Assembly: GCA_963733035.1 (NCBI GenBank)
Contig: CAVTBU010000004.1
Location: 96,001 to 160,000 of the forward strand
DNA length: 64,000 nt
Direction: 5' to 3'
DNA from: Pirellulales bacterium
Lineage (GTDB): Bacteria; Planctomycetota; Planctomycetia; Pirellulales; PALSA-1355
Of this stretch, positions 10,603 to 21,689 are shown piece after piece (position 1 is the first letter of the stretch; each line of letters starts with the position of its first letter). The translations under genes were made by a program, and so were the position numbers. The notes below the pieces were generated by a model. It saw only the letters and a list, made by a program, of their open reading frames with translations. It was not told the DNA's origin and searched no databases.

Positions 10603-12212
10603 CTAAGCAATCTGTAGCGGTACCTTCTGAGTCTCTTGTTCCTTCCGCAGAGCGATGGTCTTTCGGAACTGCTCTGCCTTGGGAATGGTGACGAATGTGA
10701 CGTGCCCGAAATGTTCGGCGACGGCCGCACGAACTTCATCGAGCGTAATCTGAAAGAACTCGCGGCGTAGATTGACCATATTCACACGGCGTTCGGCGAA
10801 ATGTCGGTGAAGCGCATTCTCTAGTTTCGGAGCATCTTCACTATAGATCATCGCATGCACGTCGAAGGGGAATGGGACAGCGGCGCCACCAAGTTCCTTG
10901 ACGCGCTCGAGCGGCTCAAGTCGACGGGTCATTCCGATCTTGTATACGCCTTTGCCAAGAGTACCGAGATTCGAGAGAATATACACATGCCCGGACCGTG
11001 TTAGTTGTGCCCTTGCGATTGCTTTTGCTTTGCGATCGATCGCCTCTTGGAGCTCATTCTCGAGTTTGGCCACGAGTGCTTCGAGTTTGGCGGTTTGCTG
11101 GCCGTTCCTTTGGGCTAGTTCCTCGCGCGCTTTTTCGAGTGGCGCATCCGAACGGCCTCGTCCCGTTCTGCATCTTCGCGGGCCTTTTCGATTTCCTTGG
11201 CAACTTTCTCTTCTTCGCGCATCTGGTCTCTGATGCGCTGGCGCTCTTCTCGCTCCTCTTGTTTCTTCTCTTGGTACTCGTAGGCCAAATGGAGCTCGTT
11301 GTACTTTAAGTGGCAGTATTCGGCGACCAGATAGATCCTCTTGGTTTCGCCGAGTTTGTTGATTGCCTCAAATGAACGCTGGATGCGCTTTTCCAGTGTT
11401 ACGACGTTGTTGTACCGCACCTTCTCAACCGCCGCATCACATTCCCCATTGAACGCTCGCAACATCAGTTTAACTTGTTGGTTCACCATCTTTTGCCCCT
11501 CGCGCTTGTTCCCATCGACAGTCCACTCAGTCTGACAAACGCAAGCGGTCTTTTCCTTGAGCATAGCCTTTTGTCGCACCCGAACTTCAGCGAGACGTTG
11601 CTTATAGTCATCTGACGTATCGAAGTCGAACCGCGATCGATAGAAACCAAACTCCTGCAATTCGCCTGCCTCTTCGACGGCCTCGATATCGGCCTTAAGT
11701 TGCGAGAGGTAGTTCTCATAATATGTGACCCGCGCTGCAATTTCGCTGGCGGACTTGGCTCCTCCGATGCACTTCGAAATCTCATCGAGTTCACTTCTGC
11801 GATGCGTAATCAACGCTTCTTGTTTCTTCAAGTATTCATCGAGTTGCGAAGCGCGCTCAAGCTTTTGTAAAGTCGCACCTAGTTGCTTGGCTTGATGCGT
11901 ATCGATTCGAATGCGCTCTTGCAGATCTGCAGCCGTTTTGAATTTCCCGAGTAACTGCTGGTATCGCGCGACTCTGTTCCTATTCTCGGTGATCTGTAAC
12001 TGAATTGCAGCGCTCTCTCCTTCGAGTCGCGCCGCTTCGGCGATGGCAGCGCGGCTCTTCCCTTCACAATCCAATTTGTAAGCTTCTAAATCAGCTACAC
12101 TTCGAAAGTGCCGCAACGAAGCCCGACTTTGCAGATACAGCCAAAGTAAGGCGACGGTGGCCGCAGCCAATATCACCGCGAGTGAGGAGACTAGTGCAAG
12201 CATTGCAAACAC
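10603..12212 (-). CDS. TM-anchored DUF4041 + T5orf172/GIY-YIG nuclease (PD-Lambda-1/SNIPE-like), 1-nt frameshift near 11143
   Basis: N-terminal TM helix, coiled coil, KLMLRAFNGECD, GHVYILSN..YKIGMTRRLEP..VPFPFDVHA..REFF. Confidence 0.85.
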
Positions 12213-12334
12213 CTATCTGGCAGTAACTATCTGGATGCCCAATAGCCTCGCTTAATAAAGGGGGACAGTCAACATCTGGAGAGGGGCAAACGGGCGTGGC
12301 CGAAGGCGGTTCCGCATCATATGTTGGACACTAG

Positions 12335-12375
12335 AAAACAACGGGTGCCACAGCCAATGGCCGTGACACCCGTTT
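12335..12375 (-). terminator. Intrinsic terminator of the DUF6263-like gene
   Basis: Minus strand AACGGGUGUCACGGCCA / UGGCUGUGGCACCCGUU with G-U pairs, followed by GUUUU. Confidence 0.75.
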
Positions 12376-12404
12376 CTGATTGCAATCGCTGGTGAGGAGG
12401 AGCC

Positions 12405-13385
12405 TTACTTCTCCTCGTCCTTCTTGTCTTCCTTCTTCTCGTCCGTCACCGACTTGTCGGTGGGGCTCTTGCCGAGCTTCATGCTCATGGTTTCCTTGAT
12501 CTTTTGGGTTACTTCCTGGGGCCCGGATACCTCCATGGTCAGTTCTTGAAAACCGTCGGCTTTCGCCATGTGACCACCCGCGCGGTCGAACAGGTACGTG
12601 GCTTCGGCGGATTGGTCGACGATTTCCAGTTCCGCCCGAGGGTTTTCCTCAGGTTCGAACAACAATTCCGTTTCGGCGGTGATCTTGGCCAGCTTCTGAT
12701 TGTCCTGCTGTTCGACGCCCGCGACTGAGAAGGTCGTTTCAGAGATTTGGGTTCCCATCCCCGGCAGCACGTTTTCAAACGACTGCGTCCAGGTGGTGTC
12801 CTCGCCGCTGGTCTCCGGTAGCGGCAGCACCGACTTGGAAATCAACTCCTTGATTCCCTTCTCGTTGAACGCGTTACCGCCGATGCCGAATCCCTGGCGG
12901 CGATTCTCGCCAACCTCCTGCTTGCCGAGCACTTCGGCCAGCTTGGCGGGCAGTTGGATGTCGGTCACTTCGCCGAGCGCGGAGATCTTGGCCTTGAAGG
13001 GCGCACCGAGCATGTTCGTCATGGTCGGCTTCATCTGGGCCCAAACCGGTCCCTCGGGTTCTTTGGGGTTGTTCGAGTCGTAGGCCATGCGTCCAAACAG
13101 GGGCGAATCCATCGCGATTTGAATCCGCTCGACCGAGAGGTCGACGTCGGCCGTACCGTCATCGGCCACGGCGGTCGGTTTCCAGGTGGTGTCGAAGATC
13201 ATTTGCAGATTAAATGCAATCTCCGAACCCGACAACGTAATGTTGCCGGCGACGGCGCGCGACAGGACATAATTGAGCGACTCGTCGGTCTTGAATTTCC
13301 AGCGCAGATCGTCGCCGCGCGTCGATGCTGCGGCCAACAGCAGGCTGGCTACGAGGGCCACGCGAGTGGCAGTCTTGATGTGCAT
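12405..13385 (-). CDS. Secreted protein, DUF6263-like
   Basis: Signal peptide, LRWKFK start, DGTADV, GEVTDI, TWTQS, FDRAGG pattern. Confidence 0.65.
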   Translation of the reverse strand: MHIKTATRVALVASLLLAAASTRGDDLRWKFKTDESLNYVLSRAVAGNITLSGSEIAFNLQMIFDTTWKPTAVADDGTADVDLSVERIQIAMDSPLFGRMAYDSNNPKEPEGPVWAQMKPTMTNMLGAPFKAKISALGEVTDIQLPAKLAEVLGKQEVGENRRQGFGIGGNAFNEKGIKELISKSVLPLPETSGEDTTWTQSFENVLPGMGTQISETTFSVAGVEQQDNQKLAKITAETELLFEPEENPRAELEIVDQSAEATYLFDRAGGHMAKADGFQELTMEVSGPQEVTQKIKETMSMKLGKSPTDKSVTDEKKEDKKDEEK

Positions 13386-13562
13386 GGGGTGCTTTCCTTG
13401 AGGTTGGTTTGAACGTCAGGTTTGTTGAAAAACCACACCGTTCTGCGGGGTTGGGGCGCACTCAATTTATAGCTCGCGACCGAAAAGTTTGCAAAAACAC
13501 CCCGCGTTTGCCTACGATCAATGCAAACGGAACAGAATTCGATCAACATTCAAGGATTGCAA

Positions 13563-15118
13563 ATGGTTGGCCGCCGTTGCACGTCGCTGACAGTCATAGT
13601 CGTCTGCTTGCTTGCACTGCCCGTGCCCTGCCGAGCCGACGGCCAGCCCGCAACGGTGCGCGTGGGCGGCGTCGTGTTGAAATGGATTCGAGGCGACAAG
13701 GAAGCAAACCTCCGCCGTGCGGAACCGCTCATTCGCGAGGCAGCGAGCGGCGGCGCACAAATCGTGTGCACAACCGAATGCTTTTTGGACGGCTATGCGA
13801 TTGCCGACAAGTCCATCCCATTGGACGTTTACCGCGCGCTGGGCGAACCGATTCCCGAGGGACCGTACTTCAAACGCCTGGCGACGCTCGCTGACCAGCT
13901 CAATATTCATTTGGTCGCCGGCATGCTTGAAGCTGAGGACGAGAATCGCTACAACACGGCCGTGCTGTTAAGTCCCGAAGGTAAGTTGGCGGGTAAGTAC
14001 CGTAAGCAAAAGCTGCAGCACGAACTGGTGCGCAACCGGCCGGGCAGCAAATCGCGCGTCTTCGATACGCCCTATGGCAAGCTGGGCGTGATGATTTGCG
14101 CCGACCGCACCGAACCAGACATCGTCGGCCGGTTCTGCGCGGCCGGCGCCGACTTTTTGATCTGTCCGTCCGGCGGGATGTTCGGCCCGCGCAAGAACGA
14201 TCCGATCTTGGTGTCCCGCTCGCGCGAGAACAACGTGTCGATCGTGTTCGTACATCCGGCGGAGTTTCTGGTGACGGCGCCCGACGGAGACATCGTGACG
14301 GCGGAACTATTCGGTGACCGCTTGTTGATCGATCCGGCCGACGAGAATTCGGAGGTCGACTCGAAGGGGGTGCGCTTCTACGACCTGCCGCTGACGAAGG
14401 AGGCGACCTTTCCCCCGCTACCCTTAAACGGTGACTTCAGCGATTGGCCGGGCTACGCCGGCAAAGGCGTGACCACGACCAGCGTGGGCGTGCCGCCAAA
14501 GTCGATCTTCACGCACTGGTACGGCGGTCCGGGCGGGGCGCGACGGCCACGTACGACGCGGTTGCCTTCCCGGCCGATCAAACCGACGTGCCGGGAAATC
14601 CCAAGCAGTATTTGCGCGTCACCTGGCACGAGCCTCCTAGCGCGGATTGGCCGGGGGAGACGCACCATCAGCCGGACTTTCGCTTTACGTTTCTGGAGAA
14701 TTTCAGCATCGACGACGTTCGCCGCTTCGCAGGTCAGACCGTGGCTGTCAGCTTTTATGCCCGCGCGAGCGAGGGAACGGTCGGCGTGACGCCCATTATG
14801 TGGCACAGCTACGACGCTCAGACTCCGGGCATCGTCGGCGTGAAGGGCCAGGGATACGAACTATTCGAAGCGTCTGGCAAGCCCGGCGAGATTGCAGTGG
14901 CGCACGGATCGCCTCGCCCCGCGGCCGTGTGCCATGTGACCGATCGCTGGCAGCGCTTTGAAAAGCTGATCACGCTCCCCACGACCGAGGGCAAATCGAT
15001 CACGGCCGGTCACTACACCGGTGTCGGCTTCGATCTGGCCTCGCGGCGGCGGCTGGCGATCGATCTGGCCAACGTCCAGGTTCATGCCGTGCTACGCCGT
15101 CCGCTCAATGCGAACTAA
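13563..15118 (+). CDS. Secreted carbon-nitrogen hydrolase fused to a CBM-like jelly-roll domain, 1-nt frameshift near 14540
   Basis: Triad TTEC / YRK / ICAD. NGDFSDW precedes the shift; GQTVAVSFYAR, WQRFE and IDLANVQV follow it. Confidence 0.75.
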
Positions 15119-15139
15119 GTCGCTCACTCACGCTGGTCT

Positions 15140-15514
15140 TTAAAGCGCGTCACGTCCGACGCGCACAAAGGCGTAAGCAAACAGCACGGCGAGCACGAGG
15201 TCGATCAGGCCGCCGGCTGCCGGACCGCCGGATATCTCGCCGCACGTTAACATCACGATCACGGTGATGCCGTAACCCAGCTTTTCGAGTACCGCCGGGA
15301 TGATCATCGGGCGGAAGCGGCGCGGGTCGCTCGCCAGGATCAGAAACAGCACCTGCCAGGCGATCGCCACGCCAAGAAAGCCGTAATAGAATTCGCGATG
15401 CGTGATCTCGGGCGGACTGTCGGCACCCAACCGATCGGCAAGGAAGTACAGCGGAACGAGGACGACCAGTCCATAAATTCCCGCGATGAGAAACAACCGC
15501 CGAGCAAACTTCAT
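15140..15514 (-). CDS. Small 4-TM membrane protein
   Basis: AGIYG, EFYYGF, AWQ, DPRRFRP, EK motifs; hydrophobic helices. Confidence 0.7.
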   Translation of the reverse strand: MKFARRLFLIAGIYGLVVLVPLYFLADRLGADSPPEITHREFYYGFLGVAIAWQVLFLILASDPRRFRPMIIPAVLEKLGYGITVIVMLTCGEISGGPAAGGLIDLVLAVLFAYAFVRVGRDAL

Positions 15515-15560
15515 AGCTGAGATTCCCGCGACATTCCCCTAGCAAGCGATCGTGCGCTCG

Positions 15561-16898
15561 TCATTTCGCCGCCGTGGCCGCGGGCTCCTGGCGCGGCTGC
15601 TCGATGGTGTTCGGCGGAAAGCGGCCGAGGAACGTGTAAATGTTGACGAGCGCCTGGTTCATCATTTTCTCTCCCGCGCCAACTTCGACGGGCGAGACCG
15701 ACGCGTCGCCGCCGTAGCCCCCTTCGGATGCTGCCTCGATCGTGGGAAAGTACATGTGGTGGCCGTTGCAATAGCCAAAGAACAAGGTGTCGGGCAGATA
15801 GGCCCGCTCTTTCAAGCGGTTCGAGTGATTGCAGAAGAATTCACCCGAGCCGGTCACGATGGCCAGATTACCGTTAAGCAGCACGGTGGTCGATTCCGGA
15901 CGAATGCCGCTACCGAACTCGCGTACGAAATTATTTACCAGCTCCGGAAAAAACGATCGCTGGAAAACCGAAACCAGCACGCGGTTGTTGAAATCGAGCC
16001 GGCTGGTGAATTCGAAGCTGTCCGTCTTGGCTTTGATTGACGGTTTCTCGGGAACCTTGGTTTCGACGCTTTTCGCCAGCTTGACGGCGTCGTTGCCCAG
16101 CGCCTCGCCAAAGCCCTTGGTGTCGAGATCGTGCTTATCGGGACTCAAGTCGCCTGCCGCACCCTGCATGAACACACAATTCGTGCCGAGTTCCGACTCG
16201 ACGCGGGCTTGCAGGAAGCCCGGATAGTCGGGCGAGAACTTGAGCAGACTCGACGGGAGCGTGACGGGATGGGCGGCAAAATTGACGAGCACCGCCAGCG
16301 GCTTGTCGTCCAGCGAATCGAAGCGAATGACGGCCAGCATCGGGTCGGTGGGGCGCACCGGCTGCTTGGTGTGCCGATTGCGATTCCGTTTGACGTCGGC
16401 CTTGGCCACGCCGATCTTCGCCGGCTGCAAATTGCCGGCCGCCTCGACGATCGCATCGCGAAGCAGCTCGGGCAGCCGCTTGCTGTAGGCCACCGCGTCG
16501 TCATACTTGCCCTTGCCGAAATCCGGGGCATCGGTCAATTCAATGACCGGACCGTGATGCGAATGGCTGCCGGCGATCAACACCGTGCCAACGTTCGCTT
16601 TGTCGGCCACCTCCTTACGAATCTGCTCCATCATGGCGGGCGTCGGACCACGGCCGATGTCCGTGCCGACGATGGCCAGGCGATCGCCGCCGGCCTCGAT
16701 GACAATGGCCTTGGCCATCAATGGTTCGAGCACGCCCGTCGAAAGTGCATTGTGCCGATCGCCATAACCCCACATTGGCACTGGAGCAGTGGGTGTGATG
16801 TCGCGCTTGGCAAAGCCAACCTGAAAGCCGGCATCCGCTGCCAGGGCGGCAGCCGAGAGTAACATCCAGGCACAACTGACAATGACAATCCGCCTCAT
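15561..16898 (-). CDS. Neutral/alkaline ceramidase N-terminal-like secreted protein
   Basis: DITP..PVPMWGY, SHSHHGP, NFAAHP, SPDYPG, QGAAGD, GEFF, YFPT..EGGYG. Confidence 0.82.
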   Translation of the reverse strand: MRRIVIVSCAWMLLSAAALAADAGFQVGFAKRDITPTAPVPMWGYGDRHNALSTGVLEPLMAKAIVIEAGGDRLAIVGTDIGRGPTPAMMEQIRKEVADKANVGTVLIAGSHSHHGPVIELTDAPDFGKGKYDDAVAYSKRLPELLRDAIVEAAGNLQPAKIGVAKADVKRNRNRHTKQPVRPTDPMLAVIRFDSLDDKPLAVLVNFAAHPVTLPSSLLKFSPDYPGFLQARVESELGTNCVFMQGAAGDLSPDKHDLDTKGFGEALGNDAVKLAKSVETKVPEKPSIKAKTDSFEFTSRLDFNNRVLVSVFQRSFFPELVNNFVREFGSGIRPESTTVLLNGNLAIVTGSGEFFCNHSNRLKERAYLPDTLFFGYCNGHHMYFPTIEAASEGGYGGDASVSPVEVGAGEKMMNQALVNIYTFLGRFPPNTIEQPRQEPAATAAK

Positions 16899-17191
16899 GA
16901 AAAACTCCCCAGTGCAAAAAGCCAAACGGGACGCCTCAAACGTCCAATGTCGCGCGGCGCGTGGAATGTTGTACACGACGGGCGGCAACTCGAACGCGCT
17001 GCCGTATTGTGACTAACATAGTTGTAGACCGTACGTTTGTAAACGCGCCGCGGCACGCGGCGAGCGTACGATGGATGGTGATTCCGAGGTTCTAATCACG
17101 CCGCGGTTCTTGCTTCTGGACCGCACCGGCCGTAAGCTCACGTTCACTTGCGATGGGCCGACGAATATCCGCGTTTCGGAGACAGAACATC

Positions 17192-19165
17192 ATGAAGCGG
17201 TATGCCTTGCTGTGGGGCCTGCTGGCCGGATGGGTCGCCGGTGCCGCAATGGCCGCCGAGCCGGCAGTTGTTACACCAGGCGATAACCTGGTGGCGGAGG
17301 GCATTCCGCCGATTCCCGAGTCGCTGGCTGAAAGGGCAGGCCGCTACACCGAGTTTCGCTCGGCGGCGCTTTTCAGTTGGCATCCGCGCGAGCGCGCCAT
17401 TCTCATCGGCACCCGGTTCGGCGATACGCAACAGGTGCACCATGTAGCCATGCCCGGCGGCGAGCGGAAACAACTGACGTTCTTCGCCGACCGCGTCGGT
17501 GGCGCGTCTTACCATCCCCACGTGGGCGACTACTTTCTCTTCGGCAAAGACGCCGGCGGCAGCGAGTTCTATCAGTTCTATCGCTACGATCTCGACAGTG
17601 GTCAGTCGGCGTTGCTGACCGACGGCAAGTCGCGCAACACAGGCGCCCGGTGGTCGAACGCCGGCGATCAAATTGTCTACGGTTCGACGCGTCGCACGGG
17701 GGCCGATGTCGACTTCTACACGATGAACCCAACCGATCCGCGCGAGTCGAACAGGTTGCTCACCGAAAACCCCGGCGGTGGTTGGTTTGTCGCCGACTGG
17801 TCGCCCGACGACAAGCGGCTGCTGGTGGGCGAGTACGTGTCGATCAACGAAAGTTACGTCTGGCTGGTCACAGTTGCCGACGGAACAAAATCGCTCGTGA
17901 CGCCCAAAGGAAGCGACGAAAAGATCGCGTACGAGCCGATTGCTTTCAGCACGGACGGCAAGGGCATTTACGTCACGACCGATCGCGACTCGGAGTTCAT
18001 GCGTCTGACGTACATCGACCTGGAAAGCGGCAAGCAGACCTGCCTGGTTGAAGATATTCCCTGGGATGTCGAGTCGGCCGCCCTCTCGCACGACGGCAAA
18101 CGAATTGCCCTGGTGACCAACGAGAACGGCATCAGCAAGCTGCATCTGTTCGACACCCAGTCGCGCAAGCGATCGCCGGTCGAGGGAGTGCCGGTCGGAG
18201 TGATCGGCGGTTTGGATTGGCACGAAAACAATCGCGACCTGGGGTTCGTCGTCGCCTCGGCGCGGGCCACGGCCGACGTATACTCGCTCGACGCCGACTC
18301 GGGCCAGGTCGAACGCTGGACCTACAGCGAGACAGGTGGGCTCAATGCCGAAACGTTCTCCGAGCCCGACGTTGTTACCTGGAAGAGCTTCGACGATCGT
18401 CGAATCTCCGGCTTTCTGTACCGGCCGCCAGCCCGGTTCAAGGGGCCGCGTCCGGTGATCGTTGTCATTCACGGTGGCCCGGAAGGCCAGGCTCGTCCCG
18501 GGTTCTTATCGCGAAACAACTACTTTCTCAACGAGCTGGGGATTGCGCGAATCTATCCCAATGTGCGCGGCTCGGCCGGCTATGGCAAATCATTCCTCAA
18601 GCTCGACAACGGGTTTCTGCGCGAAGGAACCTACCGCGACATCAATGCACTGTTCGATTGGATCGGCACGCAACAGGACCTCGACGCCGATCGAATCATG
18701 GTCACCGGCGGCAGCTACGGCGGTCACATGACCCTGGCCGTGGCAGTTCTCTATAGCAATCGCATTCGCTGTGCGCTCGACGTCGTGGGTATCTCGAACC
18801 TGGTCACGTTCCTCGAACGCACTGAAAGTTATCGCCGCGATTTACGCCGCGTCGAATACGGCGACGAACGCGACGCCAAGATGCGGGCTTTTCTGGAAAG
18901 GATTGCCCCCCTAAATCATGCCGACGAAATCAAGAAGCCGTTGTTCGTCGTGCAAGGCAAGAACGACCCCCGCGTACCGCTCAGCGAATCGGAGCAGATT
19001 GTCGAAACGCTGCACAAAAATAAGACTCCCGTCTGGTATTTGATGGCCAAGGACGAAGGCCATGGATTTGCCAAGAAGCAGAACGCCGACTTTCAGTTTT
19101 ATGCCACGATCCTGTTCGTGGAGAAATATCTGCTAAGCGTCCCGCTCACCAGCGTCCAGCGCTGA
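17192..19165 (+). CDS. S9 prolyl oligopeptidase family peptidase
   Basis: Beta-propeller, HGGPE, GGSYGG, QGKNDPRV, DEGHG. Confidence 0.92.
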   Translation: MKRYALLWGLLAGWVAGAAMAAEPAVVTPGDNLVAEGIPPIPESLAERAGRYTEFRSAALFSWHPRERAILIGTRFGDTQQVHHVAMPGGERKQLTFFADRVGGASYHPHVGDYFLFGKDAGGSEFYQFYRYDLDSGQSALLTDGKSRNTGARWSNAGDQIVYGSTRRTGADVDFYTMNPTDPRESNRLLTENPGGGWFVADWSPDDKRLLVGEYVSINESYVWLVTVADGTKSLVTPKGSDEKIAYEPIAFSTDGKGIYVTTDRDSEFMRLTYIDLESGKQTCLVEDIPWDVESAALSHDGKRIALVTNENGISKLHLFDTQSRKRSPVEGVPVGVIGGLDWHENNRDLGFVVASARATADVYSLDADSGQVERWTYSETGGLNAETFSEPDVVTWKSFDDRRISGFLYRPPARFKGPRPVIVVIHGGPEGQARPGFLSRNNYFLNELGIARIYPNVRGSAGYGKSFLKLDNGFLREGTYRDINALFDWIGTQQDLDADRIMVTGGSYGGHMTLAVAVLYSNRIRCALDVVGISNLVTFLERTESYRRDLRRVEYGDERDAKMRAFLERIAPLNHADEIKKPLFVVQGKNDPRVPLSESEQIVETLHKNKTPVWYLMAKDEGHGFAKKQNADFQFYATILFVEKYLLSVPLTSVQR

Positions 19166-19210
19166 ATGTCGAACCATTCCCCGCCCAACCAACCCTCAGG
19201 AGGTCCCGCC

Positions 19211-20533
19211 ATGTCGACTCCCGATCGTCGCGAGTTCTTGAAGCTAACTGCCACCAGCGCGGCCATCGCAGGCGCCACGGCCCTGGTCACCGCGCCTCGA
19301 GCTTTCGGCGCCAACGACCGATTGAAAGTGGGCGTCATTGGCCCGGGCGGAATGGGAAGTAATCACGTCAAACTGCTCAGCCAGAACAAGCAGGTGGACG
19401 TGGCTTGGGTTTGCGATGTCGACGAGATTCGCCGCGGCAAGGCCGCCGAGACGGTACAGAAACTCAGCGGACGGCCGCCCAAGGCGGTCAAGGACCTGCG
19501 CGAAGTGCTGGACGACAAAAGCGTCGACGCCGTGTGGATCGCGACGCCCGACCACTGGCACGGCCCTGCCACGATCCTGGCCTGCGACGCCGGTAAGCAC
19601 GTCTACGTGGAGAAGCCCTGCTCGCACAACATTCGCGAGGGCCGGCTGATGATCGAAGCCGCCCGTCGCAATAACCGCGTGGTGCAAGTCGGCACGCAAA
19701 CCCGCAGCACGGCGGCCGTGCGCGAGGCCATCGAAAAGCTGAACAACGGCGTGATCGGCGACGTGCTGGTTTCAAAAGCCTGGAACAGCCAGCGTCGCGG
19801 CTCGATCGGACACACCGAGCCGAGCGACCCGCCCTCGACGCTCGATTTTGATTTATGGGTCGGGCCAGCGCCGATGGTGCCGTATCGTACGAATCTGCTG
19901 CCGAGCATCTGGCGGTGGTGGTACGCGTTTGGAGCTGGCGACATGGGCAACGACGGTGTACATGAAATCGACGTTGCCCAGTGGGGGTTGGGAGTCGACA
20001 CGCATCCCTCGTCGATTTCCGCGCTGGGTAGCAAGTTCTTTTTCGACGACGACCAGCAATTCCCGGACACGCAATATTGCGTATTCGAGTACCCCGGCGA
20101 CGGCAAGATCGGCCACAAACGGCAACTGATTTTTGAGCAGCGCATCTGGTCTCCCTACGTGCAAGAGGGTTGGGAAAACGGCAACGCGTTCTATGGCACC
20201 GAGGGTATGATGATCCTGGGCAAGAAGGGAGGCTATAAGATCTTTGGCCCCCGCAACAAGCTCATCGAAGAAGTGACTTTCGACGGGCCCGACCTGCCGG
20301 CTCATCACGCCAATTTCATCGAGTGCGTCAAAACCGGTGCCAAGCCCAACGCGGAGATCGCAATCAACCACCTGTCGACGACGCTCTGCCACCTGGGCAA
20401 CATCGCCACGCGGGTGTGCGCGACGCTCGAGTTCGACCCTCAAACCGAACGGATCACCAACAGTTCGGACGGTGCGGCCCTGGTGAGGCGGCAATATCGC
20501 GACGGCCACTGGGCCGTTCCCGGCGGGGTGTAA
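19211..20533 (+). CDS. Tat-exported Gfo/Idh/MocA oxidoreductase
   Basis: DRREFLK, GPGGMG, ATPDHWH, YVEKP, QVGTQ, DGVH. Confidence 0.92.
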   Translation: MSTPDRREFLKLTATSAAIAGATALVTAPRAFGANDRLKVGVIGPGGMGSNHVKLLSQNKQVDVAWVCDVDEIRRGKAAETVQKLSGRPPKAVKDLREVLDDKSVDAVWIATPDHWHGPATILACDAGKHVYVEKPCSHNIREGRLMIEAARRNNRVVQVGTQTRSTAAVREAIEKLNNGVIGDVLVSKAWNSQRRGSIGHTEPSDPPSTLDFDLWVGPAPMVPYRTNLLPSIWRWWYAFGAGDMGNDGVHEIDVAQWGLGVDTHPSSISALGSKFFFDDDQQFPDTQYCVFEYPGDGKIGHKRQLIFEQRIWSPYVQEGWENGNAFYGTEGMMILGKKGGYKIFGPRNKLIEEVTFDGPDLPAHHANFIECVKTGAKPNAEIAINHLSTTLCHLGNIATRVCATLEFDPQTERITNSSDGAALVRRQYRDGHWAVPGGV

Positions 20534-20629
20534 GCCGAGCCGTGGCCGGTTATTATGGGGGTTTGGCAGTCGGCGGGTCGCGTTGCCCGCCGGGCACGAT
20601 TCGTTCACTTTCCGCGAGAGAGGCTTGGG

Positions 20630-21676
20630 ATGGGGTTCGTTAGAAAGTCTGTGTTGGTCGCCCTGGCGATAGCCGTTTCGGCGTCGTGGGCATCGGCCGA
20701 GGGGCCGGCGAAATACGTGATTCAAGTCAGCGTCGACGGGCTAGGATCGAGTTACTTGCAGGCCCTGCTCGATCGAAACGAACTCCCCACGTTCAAGCGG
20801 TTGCAGGCCGAAGGCGCCTACACGCACAACGCGCGGACCGATTGGGACTTCACGATCACGCTCCCCAATCACACCAGCATGGTCACCGGGCGGCCTGTGC
20901 GCGATAAGGCCGCCACGCCCAATGCAATCGCCGGGCATCAGTGGACCATCAATACGGACCCCGGCGAAAAGACGCTGCACAGCAACCGTCACGACTACGT
21001 GGCCAGCGCCTTTGACGTGGCCCACGACCATGGCTTGCGAACCGGCATGTTCGCGTCCAAGAGCAAGTTCTCGCTCTACGACCAGTCGTACGACGCGCGC
21101 AATGGAGCCCCCGACCAAACCGGCGAGGACAATGGCCGCGATAAGATCGACGTCTACGTTCGGGAAGGCTGCGAGCAGATGACCGACGACTTCATCGAGC
21201 AGATGAAAGCCGATCCATTCAATTACGTCTTCCTGCACTTTGCCGACACCGATTCGGCCGGCCATTCCAAAAAATGGGGCAGCCCCGAGTACAACGAGGC
21301 CTTGCGGAAGATCGACGGCCTGCTCGGCAAAATCCTCGCGATGATTGATTCCGACGAGCGTTTCCGGGGGAAGACGGCACTCATCTTGTCGGCCGACCAT
21401 GGCGGAATCGACTTCAACCACGGGTTCAACACAAACCCAATCAACTACACTATTCCGTTCTATGTGTGGGGTGCGGGCGTCAAACACACAAACGACCTCT
21501 ACAAACTGAATACGTCGTCACGCGTTGATCCCGGCAGCGGGCGACCCGACTATCTGGAACGGACGAGCCAGCCAATTCGCAATGGCGACGGTGGAAACCT
21601 GGCCCTGAAGCTGTTAGGGCTGGGTCCGATTCCCGACTCGACGATCAACGCGTCGCAGGATCTGAACGTCCAATAG
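20630..21676 (+). CDS. Alkaline phosphatase superfamily (NPP-type phosphodiesterase)
   Basis: SVDGL, TITLPNH, DSAGH, SADHG. Confidence 0.85.
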   Translation: MGFVRKSVLVALAIAVSASWASAEGPAKYVIQVSVDGLGSSYLQALLDRNELPTFKRLQAEGAYTHNARTDWDFTITLPNHTSMVTGRPVRDKAATPNAIAGHQWTINTDPGEKTLHSNRHDYVASAFDVAHDHGLRTGMFASKSKFSLYDQSYDARNGAPDQTGEDNGRDKIDVYVREGCEQMTDDFIEQMKADPFNYVFLHFADTDSAGHSKKWGSPEYNEALRKIDGLLGKILAMIDSDERFRGKTALILSADHGGIDFNHGFNTNPINYTIPFYVWGAGVKHTNDLYKLNTSSRVDPGSGRPDYLERTSQPIRNGDGGNLALKLLGLGPIPDSTINASQDLNVQ

Positions 21677-21689
21677 TGAGAAGTGCACG

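Noticed and set aside
10400..12330. Prophage or integrative element around the DUF4041 gene
   Set aside because: No integrase, tRNA, att-like repeats or other phage genes.
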